The notes under the pieces: generated by a model
What the model was told of the DNA's origin: nothing
Databases searched by the model: none
The model's input: only the letters and a program-made list of their open reading frames with translations
Position numbers and translations under genes: made by a program
In this document: one piece after another, positions 28,182 to 40,796 of the stretch
How the letters are laid out: each line of letters opens with the position of its first letter
Numbering within the stretch: position 1 is the first letter of the stretch
NCBI GenBank assembly: GCA_951406725.2
Contig: OX597836.1
Location: 21,576,001-21,640,000 of the forward strand
Direction: 5' to 3'
DNA length: 64,000 bases
From: Octopus vulgaris
Lineage: Eukaryota

Positions 28182-28261
<80 letters not shown>

Positions 28262-28579
28262 TATATATGTGTGTATGTGCATGTATGGCGTGCTTATGGG
28301 AAACACAGATGAGACAAGTATGTGTAAGGCTTGGAAAGTGTAGGTTTTGTTTCAATATTCTTATTACTGTATTTGTGCATATAAATGCAAGTGGTAGATG
28401 GTGTTGGTAGTGGTGGTATGTGTGTGTGTGGTGAGGAGGTGAAGTGGAAAAGTAGAGGTTTAGTGAAAAGGAGTTGGGAATTTAGACCGTTGGGACCCAA
28501 ATTCTGGAGCGAAAATTTAATTGCCTCTCCAGACGGAGATGGACGTCAAGGAAAGGCCCTGTGCGAAGCCCGTATATTT

Positions 28580-29070
28580 AAGGCAGCAAGCAGGTAGAAT
28601 TGTTAGTACGTCTGGCGAAATGCTTAGCGACATTTCTTCCAGCATTACCTTCTGATTTCAAATTCCGCCGAAGTCGACTTCACTTTTAATCCTTCAAGTG
28701 TCAATAAAATAAAGTATCTGTTGCGACTTGATTCCACTCCAAAATTTGAAGCTTTGTGTCAACAGTAGAAAGTAAGTACATAAATACAATATATCTTTTT
28801 ATAAAAGATGTATTGACAAATATGTTTTTATACGTATATTGATTTCAAATTTTGGCACCGGGCCAGAAACTCCGCGGGAGGAGTTAAGTCGATTACATTC
28901 ATCCCAGTGCTCAACTGGTACTTATCTTATCAATCCCGAAAGGATGAAAGGTTAAGTAGAAAATTTAATTGCCTCTCCAGATGGAGATGGACATCAAGGA
29001 AAGCCCCTATGCGAAATTGGACGAAATGCCGTGAGGCATTTTGCTAACGATTCTACCACCTCGCTACCTT
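28580..29070. mobile_element. Two old SINE B copies tail-to-tail (+ 28580-28770, - 28840-29070)
   Basis: TTCAAATTCCGCCGAAGTCGACTT on +; CCCGAAAGGATGAAAGG marks the minus copy. Confidence 0.7.
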
Positions 29071-29996
29071 ATTTATACATATATATATATTACAATGATA
29101 TTGCACAAAATTCACTGTAAGGCTCTCTCTCTCTCTCGCTCTCTCTCTCTAACACACAATCTCACACACACAAAGACACACATATGAACATATATAATGT
29201 ACATATATACACAAACATGTGTATATTTATTTTAACACGCTCTTCCTGTATACCAGAAAGGCATTCGGTATGGGATTTGATTTCGTTTGAAAAGATTTTC
29301 TCTATTAGACATTGTGTGGATAAAAACCACGTCGAGCCGAACCATAAATGTCCGTCATTGCTTCGTATGTCCATACTAAACTTATATGTGTGTGTGCCTG
29401 TGTGTGTATGTGTGTGTGTGTGTGTGTGTATGTGGGGGTGTGTTGCAATTTCTCTTCATTGTGAAGCAAGTGTAAAACTGAAAAAATTAAATTGAATTAG
29501 TTAAACGAATTTTATTGTTGACATGTACTGGTACACATCCAAGTTTATCCATTGTTCGCTGGCGTTTCGTTTCGTCGGGTTTCGTTTCGTTTGGTAATTG
29601 CATTTATATAATCTTGTTATGCTCGAAACAACAGTGTGCGAGGGTGTATGTAGGTGTGTGGTCGTGTATGGGCGTGAATGTGTGTGTCTAAGTGTGAATA
29701 AATATATTCTCATTAATACAGATTCAATTCTTTCTGTAAAACAACAGATATCACGAGTTGCTTCTGCCGAAAAGCCAACATATCTGTACATTTTATAATG
29801 GCATAAATTAGAATAAGCGTTGACTTGGCTGTTGCACAGTCACGCACGGGCAGACAGCTAGAGAAATGGACGTAAGCAAACGCACATAATTGACATATGT
29901 GCTATGGTAAAGAGAAGCAGGCACGCTACGCACCCCGCCCCACCACGACCACCACACGCACGTATGCACTAAAGCGCATATATATGCGCGTGTGTT

Positions 29997-30031
<35 letters not shown>

Positions 30032-30159
30032 GAGAATACTAGATCTCATTTGTATTTTTGGATTCGCTAGTACTGGTGGTCTGGCGTGGTTTGTCCGGTG
30101 TTACCAATATCGGACGGGTATGTTTGATTCTTAGTACTTTCAAATCTAAATCAGAAGAA

Positions 30160-30229
30160 ATCTCTGAGCTGATGAAGGAAATGTTGGCGTTTAATCAACT
30201 AATCCAGAAACAGGCTTGTCCTCGGGTAT
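30160..30229 (+). ncRNA. Type I hammerhead ribozyme candidate with intact core
   Basis: Stem I TCTGAG/CTCGGG, CTGATGA at 30169-30175, stem II GGA..GTTGG/TCAAC..TCC, GAAA at 30207-30210, stem III ACAGGCTTGT, GUC at 30218-30220. Confidence 0.7.
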
Positions 30230-30410
30230 CTCATATGGATGTGATCTTTCGTTGTTTTCCCCTTATACCTATGTGAGTTATTTCTGAGTATGCATTGTCT
30301 GGGAGACTTTTTCTTGCAGTAGAAGAAATAACCAAATTTTTGGCTGCTATTTCTAAAAAGCTCAGTGTGTGGTAAAGTAAATTATTTTACTTTACCCTAT
30401 TTTTATAAAG

Positions 30411-30450
<40 letters not shown>

Positions 30451-30451
30451 C

Positions 30452-30920
30452 AATATGGAGCAAATAATTCACGAAAAAATGATTTGCGAAAGATATCATT
30501 GACTCTATTATTATCTTGTATCACAATTTAAAAATGACAATAACAGAATCAATAAGTATGGGCGATTACAAGAGGCTGCTGAGGAAACCGTGGCTATTTT
30601 TGCCAGTGCAGAAACCGGTCTGCGTGAGTCCAAATACTAAAATTTACGTTGGTAGATTGTCTTAGCCCGTTTACCTTCGGACGGGCGATTTAAATAAGAG
30701 TTTTGACTGTTATTTCCAGCTAGTAGACATACTTAGTATGTCCTTTGATTAATTTTAATCCTTCAGCTATTTAATGCTTCGTTTGATTCTGCAATCGCCT
30801 ATATTATTGACTCTGTTATCATTTTTAAATTGTTACACTAGATAATAACAGAGTCAATGGTGTCTTCACAAATTATTTTTTCGTGAATTATTTTTTCTCG
30901 TGAATTATTTACTCCGTATT
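30452..30920. mobile_element. Fold-back element (about 120-bp diverged arms) with a hammerhead core in the spacer
   Basis: Arms about 30452-30573 and 30788-30920; 30579-30620 CTGAGGA..TGGC/GCCA..GAAA-CCGG-TC with weak stem I. Confidence 0.6.
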
Positions 30921-31039
30921 TTTACTCCCTCCCCTCACTTAGCGGTCATTCAAATAGCTCTTTTGTCTTAATAACGGTCAATCACACAGTAATTTCCCTT
31001 TGTATGACGGTCATTTTCATAATATTTTTCCGATGGCCG

Positions 31040-31100
31040 GATAACTGAAGAGATGGCGGTGTGGTTTTCCACCTCGGTATCCGAAACTCGGAGTTTTATC
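31040..31100 (+). ncRNA. Type I hammerhead ribozyme candidate
   Basis: GATAA-CTGAAGA-long imperfect stem II-GAAA-CTCGGAG-TT-TTATC; perfect 5-bp stem I. Confidence 0.6.
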
Positions 31101-31202
31101 ATGGTTACCGAATAATTGTCACATATTACATTTACAGATAAATTCCTCTATTTACATAGTATCGAGGTCCCTTTCATTCTTTTGTTGTCTTACCATTTTT
31201 AT

Positions 31203-31247
<45 letters not shown>

Positions 31248-31250
<3 letters not shown>

Positions 31251-31451
31251 TGTGACCTCGTCTGTATCACTAGCGATTTTTCCCCCCTGTCTTCCCTTCT
31301 CGGGATCTTTCTTTCTCCTATGTTTCCGACGAAGAGCTCCGCTCGAAACGTCAAACCCTCCTTCTTCCCTTCTTTCCTGAGCGTCCAATAATACTTTATT
31401 TGTTCCACGTCCTTGCGTTGTTGTTTTTTGTTTTTGTTTTCTTGGTTGGAT

Positions 31452-31457
<6 letters not shown>
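31248..31457 (+). mobile_element. Family H1 element with hammerhead, flanked by (TA)n
   Basis: 31322-31356 GTTT-CCGACGA-A-GAGC-TCC-GCTC-GAAA-CG-TC-AAAC. Confidence 0.7.
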
Positions 31458-31522
<65 letters not shown>

Positions 31523-32399
31523 TCGCGATACAGGAACTTCTAAAATATGTACCATAATTTTTTTAATTCTTTATGTTTGCTATGGAATAATATCTTGTTT
31601 GAAATGGTAGGGTGTAATATAAAATATTTCACTATTATTCATACTAGGGTGAATGACTTTTAGAGATTTCATTGTTAACTGATAACAAGGTGTAGTTGTG
31701 GCTAATTTAGGATTGGTTTTTGTCAGATACGGTTTCTGTTGTAACGAAGTATAGTCCACGTGTGCTTTGCACTAAGTCCTTTTTAAAAGGCCATTTAGTG
31801 AAATGAATTACAAAAGACTAAGAAGCCCTGAAATAGATACTTATGGTCGGCTCTGCAACTTATCGTTGGTCCTCGTGTGTTTTAAAGAATATTTCTACTG
31901 CGATTTAAGCTATGGATGACCAGAATTTTTACTGCTTTAGCTTTCTCGCAAACACTATGCAACGGTGGCGACGAGATACTTTCCGTAGAACCGCCTGTTT
32001 GTCATTCCTTATTCTGTCGGTAATAGAGATAAAAAGAGCGACAGAAAGTGCTCTATATGTAAAAAGAGAAGTTAATCTACGATTAGCTAGGACCTTATCC
32101 ACGGAAATATTTATCTCTCTTAGTATTGCTTAGTCAATACATCTCGCTCACTCACCCGCTTAGTAAAAAGAAGTTTGGTCGCATTTTCTTTAGAAGTCTT
32201 GTGATAGGATTAACATCCCGTAATAGGATTACTTAAATCGATATGATTAACACAGAAAGCATTTGTTTGGATTAAATATACAGTTCAAGTTTACTAATCT
32301 GAGATCTGTAGGAACCAATATCCTGGTTTTCTATATCTGTGTTAGCAAGAGATAAACTACCAAACCTCTCAGAGCCGAATCAGAAATGCGGGTTCGATT

Positions 32400-32697
32400 C
32401 TTCTTTTATCTTTTTTATTTTTTGCTAGTTTCAGTCATTTGACTGCGGCCATGCTAGGGCACCGCCTTGAAGGGTTTAGGTCGAACAAATCGACCTTCGG
32501 ATATTATATTTTTTAAGCCTAATACTTATTCTATCGGTCACTTTTGCCGAAACGCTACGTAACGAGGACGTAAACACTGCACCACGAGTTGTCAAGCGGT
32601 GCTGATGGACAAACACAGACACAGAGATACAGATACACATAGATATATATGTACATATATTTATACGACGGGCATCTTTCAATTTCCGTCTACCAAA
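32400..32697 (-). mobile_element. SINE family A 3' part
   Basis: Tail and central segment match. Confidence 0.8.
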
Positions 32698-34245
32698 TTC
32701 TTCTCTTTGATTGAAGGAATTTTGTTATCTTGTGGTTGGTAAAATTGCGCAGTTAAAATGGTAGAAAATAATTTGTATTTGTTTTCTCCTTCGTGTAATT
32801 GCGTTAATTTCTGTTTTGTCTTTGAGGGGTAGAGTAGGGGTTTCTTTAAGAAAAATCTAACTTGAACTCGATGTAAGCAGAAATAAAAGTAATTCTTTTT
32901 TGAAACGGTGGCCCCCGAAGATGTTTAGTCACGGCTTTATCAGCTTCGATAGCTACCGTACCACAAAAGAATTATTTCCTGTTTACTCGAAGTTCGTAAA
33001 TTCTTATGACGTCAACAACTAAAAAACCCTCCAGAAATATAAGAATATAAAAGATTATATCCCCAAACCGTTAGATGTTGTGTTCCTTTGATACAACAAC
33101 AACACAATAATAATAATAATAATGATATTAATAATAGACAATAAGAAGAGCTTGATACGATTTGTAATACATTATTTATTTAACGGTTTGAACAGTATTT
33201 CGACAGATCGTCTGTCTTCTTCAAGTTCAAAATATAAAATGAAAACAACTGCAGAAACAAAAATTCAAAATATAAACGAGGAAACCTTGCGTTCCTATTT
33301 TGATAGAATGACATCATCAGTTTTCAATTTTGTAGCTGGTAAAAGGAAAAGGAAAGAAAAAAGAAAAGAAAAATGAAAATTTATTGGCACAGGTATGACG
33401 TTAGGCAAAATAGCAGTAGTTCGGCAGAACTTGCCGAACATTTTACATCAAACGGTTGCAATTTTGAGGAACACCTGAAAACACTCTATTTATTGGTCTA
33501 TCTACCTTCGAGAAGGGTTACGTCAATCATTATAAAATATAATAATACCACGACCATCACCATCGCATACCTCGCTAGGTGCCTTTAATGGTGTAGACTT
33601 TTCCAGACATTCAGACCAAGTCACTGGTTGAAGATAAAATTCTCCATTTTTTCAATGGTTCAAAAAGGCCTCGATAAGGTATAAGGTGAAGGATGTGAAG
33701 GTGGGAGTGATGGGAAATCATGTTGTTTGCACTTCCTGCTTTAACCGAGTCATTTAAAAAAACAAACCAGCTTAATGGAATCTTCGTAAAACAATCATAA
33801 TTCAATCTGTTAGTTTAAATCGAGTGGAGATTGATGTAAACATTAACGGAATACCAACTCAAGTGTGCCCATCCCTACCGACTGTGTTTCCTCATAACTT
33901 TCTGAAATTTCATAACTCAATGAAATTTTCTACCTTTCAGAGGGTATAGATTTCAGTTTATATCGGAAACATTTTTCGCAGGCACTGGTAGTTGGGTTAA
34001 AAATGAAAGTTTCAGATAATTCACGCGAATCTCATTTGATTCTTCACAACTTTAAGAAAAATGGTTATTTTTTAATGTAAGTTTCTACAAATACATCTTC
34101 GATGAAGTAGATTACGATTATAATGGAATTTAATATGAAAAGAAAAAAATCGACGAGCGCGCATACATACATTATTATACACATCACATAGTTTTTCAAA
34201 ATTTTCAAGTTTCATTTTGTATATATATTTGTGTGAGTGTGTGTA

Positions 34246-34585
34246 CATGGGGTATCAAAATGTTCCTGGATGGGTTATGTTTAATACAAAATGACTTATT
34301 TATGTAAGTTTTAACATTATCTCCTTCGAAATTCTCACATTGTGCAAAAACACACCGGTCCCAGTGTTTCTGCCACTTATAGAATCTGGCCTGGAAGTCG
34401 TTTTCCGTAAGTGGGTCTAGGACCTTCTGCGGTTCGCTATGGGTCTCGACAACGGTATTAAAACGGCGACCTTTGAGTTGCATATTCATATGGGGGACCT
34501 TTGAGTTGCATATTCATATGGGGGAAGAGATGGAAGTCCACAGGTGCTAAATCTGACAAATAGGCTGGGTGCGGAAGCGATACCC
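34246..34585 (-). pseudogene. Mariner transposase C-terminal remnant with right TIR
   Basis: LPHPAYLSDLAPVDFHLFP (YSPDLAP motif), then LKGRRF...FYKWQKHWDRC...NFEGD; terminus TA-CATGGGGTATCAAAA; 28-bp internal duplication at 34468-34523. Confidence 0.88.
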
Positions 34586-34747
34586 TGTTGGTTTGGCAAG
34601 AAACTTACGAGATGACAGACCAAGCCTTTCTTTTGCTGGGCTAAAATCTCATTTGCGAACCCATGGAAAACGAACCTCCACCAGCAATTCCGGGAAAGGC
34701 TGTGGGTCAAATACATTGATTCCAGTACCCAGTGTTCTAACGTTTCT

Positions 34748-35055
34748 TCGACCCCAGTGCAAGTATGAAAGGCAAAGTCGACCTCGGCGGAATTTGAACT
34801 CAGAACGTAACGGCGGACGAAATACCTATTTCTTTACTACCCACAAGGGGCTAACACAGAGAGGACAAACAAGGACAGACAAACGGATAAGTCGATTATA
34901 TCGACCCCAGTGCGTAACTGGTACTTAATTTATCGACCCCGAAAGGATGAAAGGCAAAGTCGACCTCGGCGGAACTTGAACTCAGAACGTAGCGGCAGAC
35001 GAAATACCACTAAGCATTTAGCCTGGCGCGCTAACGTTTCTGCCAGCTCGCCGCG
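34748..35055 (-). mobile_element. SINE family B partial dimer
   Basis: Same GACGAAATACC|TATTTCTTTA junction as the trimer, near 34826. Confidence 0.88.
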
Positions 35056-35084
35056 TAAGGTATGCCAACATTAGCCTCTGTATA

Positions 35085-35302
35085 AGACGGTGAGCTGGCA
35101 GAATCGTTAACTCACGGGACAAATTGCTTAACAGCATTTCGTCTTTCTTTACATTCTGAGTTCAAATTCCGCCGAGATCAACTTTGCCTTTAATTCTTTC
35201 GGGGTCGATGAAATAAATACTAGCTGAGCACTGGGGTGGATGTAATTGACTTACCCTCTCCCTCCCCGAAATTGCTGGCTTTCTGCCAAAATTTGAAACC
35301 AA
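35085..35302 (+). mobile_element. SINE family B, older subfamily, head-to-head with the previous copy
   Basis: GGTGAGCTGGCAGAATCGTTA..GAGTTCAAATTCCGCCGAG. Confidence 0.82.
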
Positions 35303-35607
35303 TATCAGCCACCATAGGGGAGAGGAAAGGATTCATTCTTAAAAACCAGATAGTTTTGTACCCGTTTAGTAATAATGGTTTGTGTTTGAGGAAACCGTTC
35401 GTTGCCGGTAGCTTATTTTCATTGAAGAAAGCACTCACTCACACACACACACACGCATGCAGATACACTAATATCCCCTCATGGCAGTCGTAAGAGTCAT
35501 ACAAAGAGGAGAGGAGATAAACATAGAAATTAAGAATTAAATTCCTAAGAAACTTTATTGTTTACTGCATAGAGATGAAACATGTTTGTTTGCAGGCATG
35601 GTTTAAA

Positions 35608-35916
35608 AATTATCTGCGAGGCGCAGTTAAGCGAAAGACCAACAAAACTCCTTGTAACACCAAAGACGATCTGAAGACGAGAATTCTGGAAGCATTCATC
35701 AACATAATAAGGAGATCGTCCAGAAGAGTTGCAGGAGATTCCGAAGTCGTCTGGAGACTGTGATTGCAGCCAATGGCGATACTATTGAATAAATTTACTC
35801 TTTAGTATTTCAAGATATTTTTATGTAATTTTGGTAAATATATCTGTTAAAATTTTATGTAAGGGTTATATTCATTATATGCGTAATTTAGACGACAGTT
35901 TGTTCCCCGCACCCTG
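35608..35916 (+). pseudogene. Tc1/mariner-superfamily transposase C-terminal remnant with TIR end
   Basis: GAVKRKTNKTPCNTKDDLKTRI, then frameshift IVQKSCRRFRSRLETVIAANGDTIE*; ends CACCCTG-TA. Confidence 0.78.
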
Positions 35917-35919
35917 TAA

Positions 35920-35952
<33 letters not shown>

Positions 35953-35966
35953 TGTATGTATGTATG

Positions 35967-36007
<41 letters not shown>

Positions 36008-36008
36008 T

Positions 36009-36039
<31 letters not shown>

Positions 36040-36127
36040 AGATATATATATATATATATATATGTATGTTGATGCAAAGAGGAAAAAGAGAACTCAAAAT
36101 ACGAGTATATGTATATTTTTATTAAAT

Positions 36128-36197
<70 letters not shown>

Positions 36198-36384
36198 TTA
36201 TATATATGTATATATATATGCGTATGTGAATATATATATATATATACAAATATATATACATAAATATATATATACACACATATATACACAAAGTCCGAGA
36301 GATTCGTGACTTGGCACTTATCAAAGTAATTGCCAACACACGAAACTCTCGGACCTTGAGTCACTCAGTTGCTTCTGCTATATG

Positions 36385-36442
<58 letters not shown>

Positions 36443-36699
36443 CACACAAATATATATATATACACATATGTATATGAAATATATATATCCATATATGCAT
36501 ATATATATATGTGTATATATATATATTTATGTATATATATTTGTGTATATATATATATTCACATACGCATATATATATATATATACATATATATACATAT
36601 ATGTATATACATATATATACATATATATACACATATATATATATTAATATATATATATATACATATGTATATTTACATATGTATATATATATATATGTA

Positions 36700-36835
<136 letters not shown>

Positions 36836-37260
36836 TACATATAAATCAATAAGAATTAACGGTGGGAAATTCTGGCGGCAGAAGTGCAGATGCTGCTATT
36901 GTTGTTGTTGTTGTTGTTGTTGGCGGTGGTGGCGATGATAAGAGTGGTGGTCGTGGTCGTACTGACGAAATGGACAATACTCAAGGAATCTATACAGTCA
37001 AGGTCAACGTATGAGATACGAATAAATTCCTTCTCGTAAGCTCTTTAAAAGCTAAACGGAAACGGTAAGCCGAAGGAATTATAGATCTATTCCAACCGTG
37101 ATTCCAGCATTAATTAAGGGATTTTAGTGGCTAATGGCGTTCGAATATCGTTTCAGCTATTCAACCAGTCACTTGTTTTTCCTTTTTTTATGATATTTTC
37201 CAGGTATCAGTAATACTTCTTTCTTTTGTTATTCCTGTGCACTTTGTAGCCATTTTCCGA

Positions 37261-37820
<560 letters not shown>

Positions 37821-38655
37821 CATATAGACTCAACAGATTAGACTGTTGGAAGAGAAAAGAATCCTAACATCGGGCCATAAGTTACCTTAGATGCCAAGAA
37901 CTCTCCTATTGGGTTGCAACGAGGAACCTTAGATGCCAATAACCCTCCTAAGTATCCTAGCTGTCTCTAATAACACTGTTTTCTGGAGTTGTACTAAATT
38001 GGGTTTTATCCCTATATCCTCTATCCATCTGTTCCGATCTTTAGGGATAGTTCCCAATGCACCTATAACTACTGGGATACATTTTTCTCGCACTTAGCAT
38101 AGTTTCTGTAATTCAATAGCTATGTACTGGTACATTGATAATTTTTCTGTACTTCTCATATTAATTTATTCATCACTAGCAGTATCGCCCGGCGTTGCTC
38201 GGGTTTGTAAGGGAAATAAGTATATAAGCATTTTTAGAGAGTTATAGCCAAAAAATGCATTAAAAATGGGAAAAAAATGATGGTAAATTTTTAAAAAAAT
38301 CGTTGACTCATCGTAGACATATTTAGAGAGTTACTTCCCTTATATAATAGCGAAAAAATGCATTAAAAATGGGAAAAAATGATGGAAATTTTTTTTTTAA
38401 ATCGTAGACTCATCGTAGACGCGCGTTAATACCCAGAAGAGCTCGATATGAATCACGACTATAAGATACCCGGTTTTGGTTAAACTGCACCGCAAAATGT
38501 GGGATTAGTTAGGAATCTAAATCGTAGGAGACAGACACACATCCTCTCTTTTATATATAAAGATTTGGGACCACAAAGTCAATTATCCTGTACTTTCTAT
38601 TTTCTTTATCTTCTACTACCAAATCAGGCGTTCTAGCTTCTATTACTCTGTCTTA
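37821..38655 (-). mobile_element. 5'-truncated Dong/R4-clade LINE (restriction-like endonuclease remnant plus 3' UTR), split by a Helitron
   Basis: With the Helitron removed: DRVIEARTPDLVVEDKENRKYRIIDFVVPND...IPVVIGALGTIPK...LQKTVLLETARILRRVIGI*; two internal stops; (TAA)n on both sides. Confidence 0.88.
38176..38563 (-). mobile_element. Non-autonomous Helitron
   Basis: TC...CCCGAGCAACGCCGGG..CTAG, inserted at A|T inside codon AAT; closely related to 42673-42969. Confidence 0.92.
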
Positions 38656-38884
38656 TAGTAGAAAGGATTATTATTATTGTTGTTGTTGTTATTATTATTG
38701 TTATCATCATCATCATCATCATCATTATTATTATTATTATTATTATTTACATGCAAAGTTTCAAATTCCTCCGAGATCACCATTGTTTTTCGTCCTTTCG
38801 GGATCGATAAATTAAGTACCAGTCAAGTACTGGGACCAACGTAATGGACATCTATCTTCAAAAATTACTGGTCCTACGCCAAAC

Positions 38885-38924
<40 letters not shown>

Positions 38925-38992
38925 CCACCATCATCATCAAACATATTTACATACACTATTATTTAGCACTAACATACGTATATACATATACA

Positions 38993-39079
<87 letters not shown>

Positions 39080-39080
39080 A

Positions 39081-39675
39081 TCATCCTTGTGGCTATGGCG
39101 AAAGAATGTATCTGGTGGACGCGTCTGAAAGGATTGGAGACAAACACTTTCCTCTCTGGTCAATCTCTCATCAACTTCTTCAAGTACCACTTGAAAAGGA
39201 AAGTGAGAGTAGAGAGGCAAGTTTTGTCTAGTGAATGTTTTAAAAAAAGATGGGTGAATGTAGCAAGAATGGCACGTATGAATGACGAAGCCACCTTGAG
39301 CATAATCCTATGAACCCAGAAATTGAAAACAGAGATTTGCTTATTTGCAAAAAAGAAAAAAAAAAGAAATATAAAATGTGACTTCATTGACCGAGGTTAC
39401 CGTGGTCTTTTCCGTAGGCTTTTCTTTCCACGGGTAAACCACACCTGTCCTCCCCTTTACACTTCATATTGACATTTCTGTGATAACGATCCCTATTGAT
39501 CAATTTTTTTTTCCTCTTTAACCCCCCCCTTTTTTGTCCTCTTTCTCTCCTTTTACGATCCCTTTTGATCGAAACTCCCCCCTTTCCTTTTTTTTTTTTT
39601 TATACCTTCAAAAGAAAAGCTCTACCTTGTAATTTCTTCTATCTGTGTGCAGCCCTGTGTGGCTAATAAAGAAAC
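39081..39675 (+). mobile_element. L1/Tx1-like LINE 3' end in (TATC)n, copy 1
   Basis: ILVAMAKECIWWTRLKG...FKKRWV.. ORF2-like C-terminus (stop at 39313), T-rich 3' UTR, AATAAA, then microsatellite. Confidence 0.72.
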
Positions 39676-39732
39676 ATATCTATCTATCTATCTATCTATC
39701 ATCCATCCATCCATCCATCCATCCATCCATCC

Positions 39733-39783
<51 letters not shown>

Positions 39784-39784
<1 letters not shown>

Positions 39785-40469
39785 CATCATCCTTGTGGCT
39801 ATGGCGAAAGAATGTATCTGGTGGACGCGTCTGAAAGGATTGGAAACAAACACTTTCCTCTCTGGTCAATCTCTCATCAACTTCTTCAAGTACCACTTGA
39901 AAAGGAAAGTGAGAGTAGAGAGGCAAGTTTTGTCTAGCGAATGTTTTAAAAAAAGATGGGTGAATGTAGCAAGGATGGCACGTATGAATGACGAAGCCAC
40001 CTTGAGCATAATCCTATGAACCCAGAAATTGAAAACAGAGGGTTACCCACTTGCAAACAAATGTGGTAACATATAACAATATTGACCAAGGTTACCGTGG
40101 TCTTTTTCGTAGGCTTTTCTTCCCACGGATAAACCTTACTTGCTTTCCCCTTTACACCATATATCATAACACTGTGATACACGATCCCTATTGATCGTTC
40201 GTTTTTTCCTCTTCCCCTTTTTTCTTCTTTTTTCATTTCTCTTTCCTTTTGTTCCTTTTCCTTTTCTTTTTTTTTCTTTTTATTCTTTTTATTTTATTCA
40301 ATTTTTGTTTTTTGTTCTTTTCTTCCCTTTTACGATCCCTCTTGATCGAAAACCTACGCCACCCACTTTTTTTTTCTTTTGTTTTTTGTTCTCTTCATCC
40401 CCCAAAAGAAAAGCTCTACCTTGTAACTTGTCCCATCTGTGTGCAGCCCTGTGTGGCCAATAAAGAAAC
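39784..40469 (+). mobile_element. L1/Tx1-like LINE 3' end in (TATC)n, copy 2
   Basis: Identical peptide (stop at 40019), diverged UTR, essentially the same 5' and 3' junctions. Confidence 0.72.
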
Positions 40470-40557
<88 letters not shown>

Positions 40558-40584
40558 GTACATATGTGTACGTGCGCAATGTTA

Positions 40585-40735
40585 CTACACGTGCTGTTGG
40601 CGATTTCCTTTCCTTCTTTGAACTTTTCCCTTTCTCCTCTCCGACGAAGAGCCAAGCTCGAAACGTCAAACTCCCTCTTTTTACCGAGCGCGAAGCTAAT
40701 ATATATTCCTTGTGCACGTCCTCTTGTTGACCGTC
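40585..40735 (+). mobile_element. Family H1, diverged copy
   Basis: CCGACGA-A-GAGC-CAA-GCTC-GAAA-CG-TC-AAAC at 40641-40671. Confidence 0.6.
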
Positions 40736-40763
40736 AAATTTTAATATTCGTCAATTTAAAACG

Positions 40764-40796
<33 letters not shown>

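Noticed and set aside
37170-37209. Further AG|GT ratchet candidates (CAG|GTATCA at 37201, CAG|GTATCG at 56098)
   Set aside because: Donors are weak and such matches are expected by chance in T-rich DNA
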